A stretch of DNA of 64,000 bases from an uncultured Methanolobus sp. (GTDB lineage: Archaea > Halobacteriota > Methanosarcinia > Methanosarcinales > Methanosarcinaceae). A program made the translations under genes and the position numbers. The notes beneath the pieces are model-generated. The model did no database searches, was not told the origin of the DNA, and saw nothing but the letters and a program-made list of their open reading frames with translations. Positions 58,857 to 64,000 of this stretch are shown one piece after another; position 1 is the stretch's first letter, and each line of letters begins with the position of its first letter. The stretch lies in assembly GCA_963675495.1 (NCBI GenBank), contig OY776215.1, positions 608,001 to 672,000 of the forward strand, read 5' to 3'.

Positions 58857-61506
58857 TGTACAACCCCTCATAAACATTTAAACTGTCTCCGTTTATTATT
58901 TTTGAATTCAATATCAGACTTGATCCGCTCTCGACAATATAAGGGATCCTTGTGTCTTCAATGAGAGTAAATTTGGCGTTTATAGCCCCTGGCCCAAATT
59001 CAGATTTTTTCTGAAAAGCAGTGAGCCCTACATCAGAAGAAGAAACGAGTGTGTTATCTATATAAACTGTTGAGAGGTCCTTGCTTGCTACGCCAACCGA
59101 GCTGTTCCTTATTTTGACGTAGTCAACCATCAAATTACTATTTTCTCCCCCACTGATACCTTTATCGCCTGCACCATCAACAATGCAGTCATGGATATAA
59201 ACGTCAGAACCTGAAAAATCCATAGCATCGTTCCCACAAGATATAAATGATGTGTGATGAATTTCACCAATCCCAAAATCATCATCAAGAGCATCGGACA
59301 AAGTATCCCGGAATGCAGAATTACTTATTACATATGGTGATCTGACAAGGTCCAGCATGTCATCTCCATAAGTATTGTTTGAAAAAATACACTCGTTAAT
59401 TTCAACTTCAGAATTGTAGAATGTTACAGCGCCACTTAATTGCCATGCGTTATACCTCGGTGCCGATAAATTACTGAAAATGACTCGATCTAATACAGAT
59501 TTTGATTCGGCATTCATGACAGCGAGACCAAAACCTGTAAGATCTGATGATGTGATGGTCACAGGATAATCTTCAGAGCCACAGAATTGTAAAGGAGAAT
59601 ATGAAATTATACTGGAATTGTTTTTCAGATCTAATACAGTAGGTTCATCACCATTGATTACAAATGTGAATCCTTCTGGTATTATAAGACTATCATTGAG
59701 TTCCCAGATGCCATTCTTTAGAATAATTCGTTTTCCTGATTCGTCAACATAAATAAAATCAAATGTATCGGCATTGGGACTTCTTCTAATAAAATCATTT
59801 TCAATGAAGTTATCAGAAACATGACTCCATGGATAGATCGATTCATTTCGTTTTACACTTTGTCCCAAAATACTGTACTCTAACACAAGCTCAGAAAGGA
59901 CATCATCAGACCATACAAGACCCTCGGGGAGGAAAAATTCGATATTTTCATATTTGACAACATCATTTGACTTTTTTCCTTCCAGAATTACTTCAGATGA
60001 TGGATACAGGACCATGTCCCCATATTTGACACCGTATACTTCCAGAGGAAATGCATGTGTGTTACCCAGTTCTAATGTAAATTTATTCGATGTGTTTGAA
60101 TAATAATGTGCATTCAGACATTTTACCGGATTCAATACATTCCGTATATATTCCTGATTATCAAAAAACACATTCGTTGAAAAATAGTAATAAGGATAAT
60201 CTTTATGGATTATAGATAAATTAGACTTTAACTCATCATCCAGATCAGTAAATATTTCTTCAAGGTAGGACTCATTTGAAACCCTTTCAAGTTCTGACAC
60301 ATACTTTTCAAAGAATACAGGATCTGTATAGATCATACTTTGATACGGTTCATTAAATTCACCAAGATTTGACATACCAAATAACCCATAATTACTTATT
60401 CTCTCACCTGAGTCACTGTCAAAACCTATCGGTTCTAGGCGAGAAGTTATTGGATTATAATAAAATCTTTGATTATGCCACCAGTTACCATGGGTCGCAC
60501 CCATCAGATCAGAAAGTGCCATAAAAGTTGCAAGTTTATCTACGTCAAAAACTTCACTTGTGCTCAAATTTCCTTCCCGGAATGACTCTAAAAGATCTTT
60601 TGCCTGGATGAATTGCCGGTATTTATCTGGATCTTCGATAACGCTGCTTGTCTGGAAAGTGTCAATATCACTTGAAAAATAACTTTCCACAAGATCATCT
60701 ATACCTTGAGTACGGCCAATCCAGAGATAGTCTTCATTGAAACTGATGATGGGACCTTCCCTGTAATATTCATTCTCTATTAACCGTTTATCAAAGTGCT
60801 CTTCCAGAGCGTATATGCCATTATTTTTTCCATTTACAACAACAGAAACGAAATAGTAACGTGGAGATATAATAGATTCCCTACCCAGTACTTCCTGATA
60901 TAGCCACTCATTCAGGAAAACACGAGTATTGGGGTTTTGAATTGAAAAAACTTTCATACCTAAAATGGTGTTGTCATCTTTAAGCTTAACTCGAAATGAC
61001 CATTTATCGCCCACAAGATGATCGACCCAGTCACCTTTCAATCTTATTTTCGCCTTTACCTCATAATCATTGAAACGTATAGTGGCTGGAACATAATCGT
61101 CATCATCTGTTATTAATATGCCCTGTTCAAGGGCTACTTCACGATTGTAGGCAAGTTTTTGAAAATCATTGTTTTTGATATCTATTGATATTGTTTCGGC
61201 ATTCGAGGATAAAGATGAGAAATAATTGACCGGAATTTGCACATTTTCATTAACAAGTCCTTTAGCCAAGAGCCTGGCATCATCGGGAGTCAAACCCATC
61301 TTTTCTATTGTCGATTTATATAATTTACTTGCACTGGGAGAAGGATTATCAAGTGTTCCAAGATACCCGGCTAAGACCATTCCTGAAAAAAAACTAATTA
61401 ATATGAATAAGGACAAAATAAGTACATAACTACTTTTTTTCTTCAACAGAACTAAAATACTCTGTCGTAAAACAGAGATTTTAGAATCTGGTTCTTTTAT
61501 TTTCAT
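58846..61506 (-). CDS. CotH-kinase family protein with C-terminal beta-helix
   Basis: N-terminal TM, KIRLKGDWVDH, KWSFRVK, GIYALEE, WHNQRFYYNP...LEPIGFD; DAMDFSGS/GDKGISGGE/GVASKD beta-helix repeats. Confidence 0.8.
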   Translation of the reverse strand: MKIKEPDSKISVLRQSILVLLKKKSSYVLILSLFILISFFSGMVLAGYLGTLDNPSPSASKLYKSTIEKMGLTPDDARLLAKGLVNENVQIPVNYFSSLSSNAETISIDIKNNDFQKLAYNREVALEQGILITDDDDYVPATIRFNDYEVKAKIRLKGDWVDHLVGDKWSFRVKLKDDNTILGMKVFSIQNPNTRVFLNEWLYQEVLGRESIISPRYYFVSVVVNGKNNGIYALEEHFDKRLIENEYYREGPIISFNEDYLWIGRTQGIDDLVESYFSSDIDTFQTSSVIEDPDKYRQFIQAKDLLESFREGNLSTSEVFDVDKLATFMALSDLMGATHGNWWHNQRFYYNPITSRLEPIGFDSDSGERISNYGLFGMSNLGEFNEPYQSMIYTDPVFFEKYVSELERVSNESYLEEIFTDLDDELKSNLSIIHKDYPYYYFSTNVFFDNQEYIRNVLNPVKCLNAHYYSNTSNKFTLELGNTHAFPLEVYGVKYGDMVLYPSSEVILEGKKSNDVVKYENIEFFLPEGLVWSDDVLSELVLEYSILGQSVKRNESIYPWSHVSDNFIENDFIRRSPNADTFDFIYVDESGKRIILKNGIWELNDSLIIPEGFTFVINGDEPTVLDLKNNSSIISYSPLQFCGSEDYPVTITSSDLTGFGLAVMNAESKSVLDRVIFSNLSAPRYNAWQLSGAVTFYNSEVEINECIFSNNTYGDDMLDLVRSPYVISNSAFRDTLSDALDDDFGIGEIHHTSFISCGNDAMDFSGSDVYIHDCIVDGAGDKGISGGENSNLMVDYVKIRNSSVGVASKDLSTVYIDNTLVSSSDVGLTAFQKKSEFGPGAINAKFTLIEDTRIPYIVESGSSLILNSKIINGDSLNVYEGLYNEN

Positions 61507-61508
61507 TC

Positions 61509-62198
61509 TTAGATGATCCCCTTATTATCCAGGAAATGAACCCTAATTGACGCAGATATCTGTTTCATGTCGTTTTTAAGAGTAATTAGATCCTCTATTT
61601 TGTCTACATTTACATTGAATGTTGCTTCAAATATCTCATTGGATTCATCAAACCTTTTCAATTCAGCCGATGAACAATGTTCTAATATGACATTCTTAAC
61701 CATCGATAGCATATGGCTATCAGGTTTATAATCCGAAATGGTAAGGTGGAAATTTTGTTCAAGGATATTCTTTTTGGTAGCTTTTGATTTAATAATGATT
61801 ATAGCGATAATAAATAGAATCGTAATCGTAGTAATTAGTAGCTGGTCTGCACCAAGACCCAATCCCACTGCAATTACCAGGAATAAAAAGGCTAGCTCTT
61901 CAGGCTCTTTTATTGCAGTCCTAAAACGCACGATCGACAGGGCACCGACCAATCCTAATGAGAGAGCTAAAGAAGATTTTACTACTGTGATAATGAACAT
62001 TGTTGTCATTGCAATGAGCATAAAATTCTTAGCAAATGCCCTTCTGTTAGAAAGAGAAGTCCCGTAACGAATATATGCCTGGCTTAAAATAAATGCCAAA
62101 ATACCTGCCAGAAGAAGGTTGAATAAAAACCCATAAACCGGCACCTGATAACTTTGTGTTGATAAAAACTCATCAAAAGTAAGCGAACTGGTATCCAT
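61509..62198 (-). CDS. DUF4956 membrane protein
   Basis: VKSSLALSLGLVGALSIVRFRTAIKEP signature. Confidence 0.88.
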   Translation of the reverse strand: MDTSSLTFDEFLSTQSYQVPVYGFLFNLLLAGILAFILSQAYIRYGTSLSNRRAFAKNFMLIAMTTMFIITVVKSSLALSLGLVGALSIVRFRTAIKEPEELAFLFLVIAVGLGLGADQLLITTITILFIIAIIIIKSKATKKNILEQNFHLTISDYKPDSHMLSMVKNVILEHCSSAELKRFDESNEIFEATFNVNVDKIEDLITLKNDMKQISASIRVHFLDNKGII

Positions 62199-62528
62199 AA
62201 TTCTACCCCTTTAAATACAGTATATCGGAAGAAAATGAACACATAAAATTCATTTTTCCATTTTTCATTTTAATATCTCCAATAAGCACTATACGTTTAA
62301 TACTTAAATTTATTGGTAAATATTCATATAAACTCATTTTCCAGAAATTCTTTGATACTATTCACAAGACGGTCACGTAAATTATAGACCAAAGCTCGTA
62401 CCAGGTTTTAATATATTTAATTTAAATTATAAATACATATCCTTAAAAATAGTAATATACGTGTAATTTTTAATTAAGCCACATAAATAATAAATATAAT
62501 GCACACTTTAACAGTTCAGGGTATTTCC

Positions 62529-63176
62529 ATGAAAAAAAGAAACGTTCTTGCGATAGGTGCTCATCCAGATGACATTGAAATTGGATGTGGAGGAACAATA
62601 GCTAAGCACGTCATGAATAATGATAATATAATTATTCTTATTATGACTGATCCATTTTTCACAAACCATGATGGCACGATACTAAGAACAACAGAAGGTG
62701 GCAAGCAAGAAAGCATTGCAGGTGCTGAAATACTTGGTGCAAAGTTGATTCATCTTGATTTTGAGACGAAGAATGTGCCATACTCTTCAGAATCAATAGA
62801 AGCAATAAACAAGATCATAGACGATAATTCCATTGACACGATCTATACTCATTGGTACCATGATACACATCAGGATCATAAAAGGACTACACAGGCAACC
62901 ATGTCAGCAGCAAGATATGTTCCCAATCTATTGATGTATGAACCCGAGTATCCAGCAGGCCGGTCTCATGTCGGTTTCAGAAACCAGTATTATATAGATA
63001 TAACTGATACACTTGAAAAAAAAATGGAAGCTCTAAAACAGCATGAAAGTCAAGTTTCTAAATATGGAGACCATTTCCTGGATGCAGTTCAGGCAAGGGC
63101 ACAGCATAGAGGTTATGAGATAGGTGCTAAATATGCTGAGTGTTTTGAAATTGTCCGTATAAAAGGCGAAATATGA
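62529..63176 (+). CDS. PIG-L/LmbE family deacetylase
   Basis: AIGAHPDDIEIGCGG, DTHQDH, HESQ. Confidence 0.9.
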   Translation: MKKRNVLAIGAHPDDIEIGCGGTIAKHVMNNDNIIILIMTDPFFTNHDGTILRTTEGGKQESIAGAEILGAKLIHLDFETKNVPYSSESIEAINKIIDDNSIDTIYTHWYHDTHQDHKRTTQATMSAARYVPNLLMYEPEYPAGRSHVGFRNQYYIDITDTLEKKMEALKQHESQVSKYGDHFLDAVQARAQHRGYEIGAKYAECFEIVRIKGEI

Positions 63177-63440
63177 GTGATATACTATATTTATCTTTTT
63201 ATGTAATGATGGTTAGCAGTCTTCAATATTGTCAAATATATTATGAATAAGATAAAAGATGATCATATGGACTATTTTGACAATAAAAATCATTCACAAT
63301 GTTTGTGTTGATTTGTTTTTCCAATTGCCTGTGTCAGGGATTGGATATTTACCTCATTTCAACAAATATGATAAACAACATTTATATAAAAATATGGACA
63401 AATAGATTTAGAGAAATAACCTATTAATTGCCCAAAAAAG

Positions 63441-64000
63441 ATGAAACCAAACCCAAATTTGATACCCAGATTTAATATTGATTACAATGTAAAAGATCTA
63501 GTGGATTCTCTACTAAAATTGAAAGATCCTGTTGCATCTGATTGTATGAATTTAATATTCCCGGATTCAAACGTCATTTTTACAAATAGTGGTAGAACGT
63601 CACTGTATTTAATATTGAAATGTTTGAATTTACCACCCGAGTCAAATGTTGGCATTCCACTATACTCTTGTCCGAGTACTTTTGATTCCATTATTCACGC
63701 AGGACATGTCCCTGTTTTTTTAGATATAGATATCAATAATTTGACTCTTGATGTCAATGACCTGAATAATAAGATCAACAATTTAGATGCTATAGTGGTC
63801 ATTCATACATTCGGCAGACCTGCTGATATGACTAACATTATGAAAATAGCAGTCAATATTCCTGTTATAGAAGACTGCGCACATGCACTTTTGAGTAAAC
63901 ATGGGGATTCTTTACTTGGTACAATTGGTATTGCGGGATATTTTAGTTTCAGGTCTGGTAAATACCTATCAGCTGGAGAAGGCGGCATGATCCTCACTTC
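63441..64000 (+). CDS. DegT-family aminotransferase (partial, runs off the window end)
   Basis: Not in the ORF track. The open frame from ATG 63441 contains NSGRTSL, PLYSC, VIHTFG, VIEDCAHAL and FSFRSGKYLSAGEGG. Confidence 0.85.
   Translation, partial: MKPNPNLIPRFNIDYNVKDLVDSLLKLKDPVASDCMNLIFPDSNVIFTNSGRTSLYLILKCLNLPPESNVGIPLYSCPSTFDSIIHAGHVPVFLDIDINNLTLDVNDLNNKINNLDAIVVIHTFGRPADMTNIMKIAVNIPVIEDCAHALLSKHGDSLLGTIGIAGYFSFRSGKYLSAGEGGMILT

Noticed and set aside
10144-63997. Numerous 60-216 aa ORFs overlapping long genes (e.g. 10144..10716, 52421..52978, 52761..53411, 63803..63997)
   Set aside because: They are antisense or alternate-frame shadows of well-supported CDSs.
1-64000. tRNA, rRNA or known riboswitch
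   Set aside because: No cloverleaf or rRNA-like segment was recognised by eye. A tRNAscan-SE/Infernal run would be needed to exclude them fully.

Overview
Archaeal chromosomal segment, most likely Methanosarcinaceae (Methanolobus/Methanosarcina-like). This assignment is inferred from DNRLRE/disaggregatase repeats, archaeal AAA/DUF234 and AAA_14/DUF4143 ATPases, an ISH1-type IS5 and GGTG-type RBSs. Layout: (1) ~0.78-8.02 kb is an array of TA pairs, three ATPase-nuclease genes and an acylphosphatase-coiled-coil gene. Each unit is bounded by one of 8 same-orientation copies of a ~29-bp GC-rich hairpin motif (consensus CAACCATCCGCC-GNA-GGCGGCACRGTCCA). One copy has the flanks expected for an 'empty site' left after excision of a neighbouring cassette, which suggests an integron-like but non-attC cassette system; no recombinase lies in the window. 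(2) Four YdjM-like membrane hydrolases and a hybrid histidine kinase. (3) A PPTase-ACP-AMP ligase-amidotransferase-NadE-like-FabG-DUF362 operon, unusual for archaea. (4) A large, partly AT-rich surface-polysaccharide locus (deacetylases, glycosyltransferases, flippase, DegT enzymes) ending in IS630 and IS5 remnants. (5) A disaggregatase-like beta-helix/DNRLRE/dockerin protein and a NosD-like surface protein. (6) A WbpA/B/E/D-like diacetamido-uronic acid pathway and an AglH/MraY-like transferase. (7) A DUF4956-CotH-metallophosphoesterase-VTC operon. No rRNA, tRNA or CRISPR array was seen. All functional calls come from motif recognition by eye, without database searches.
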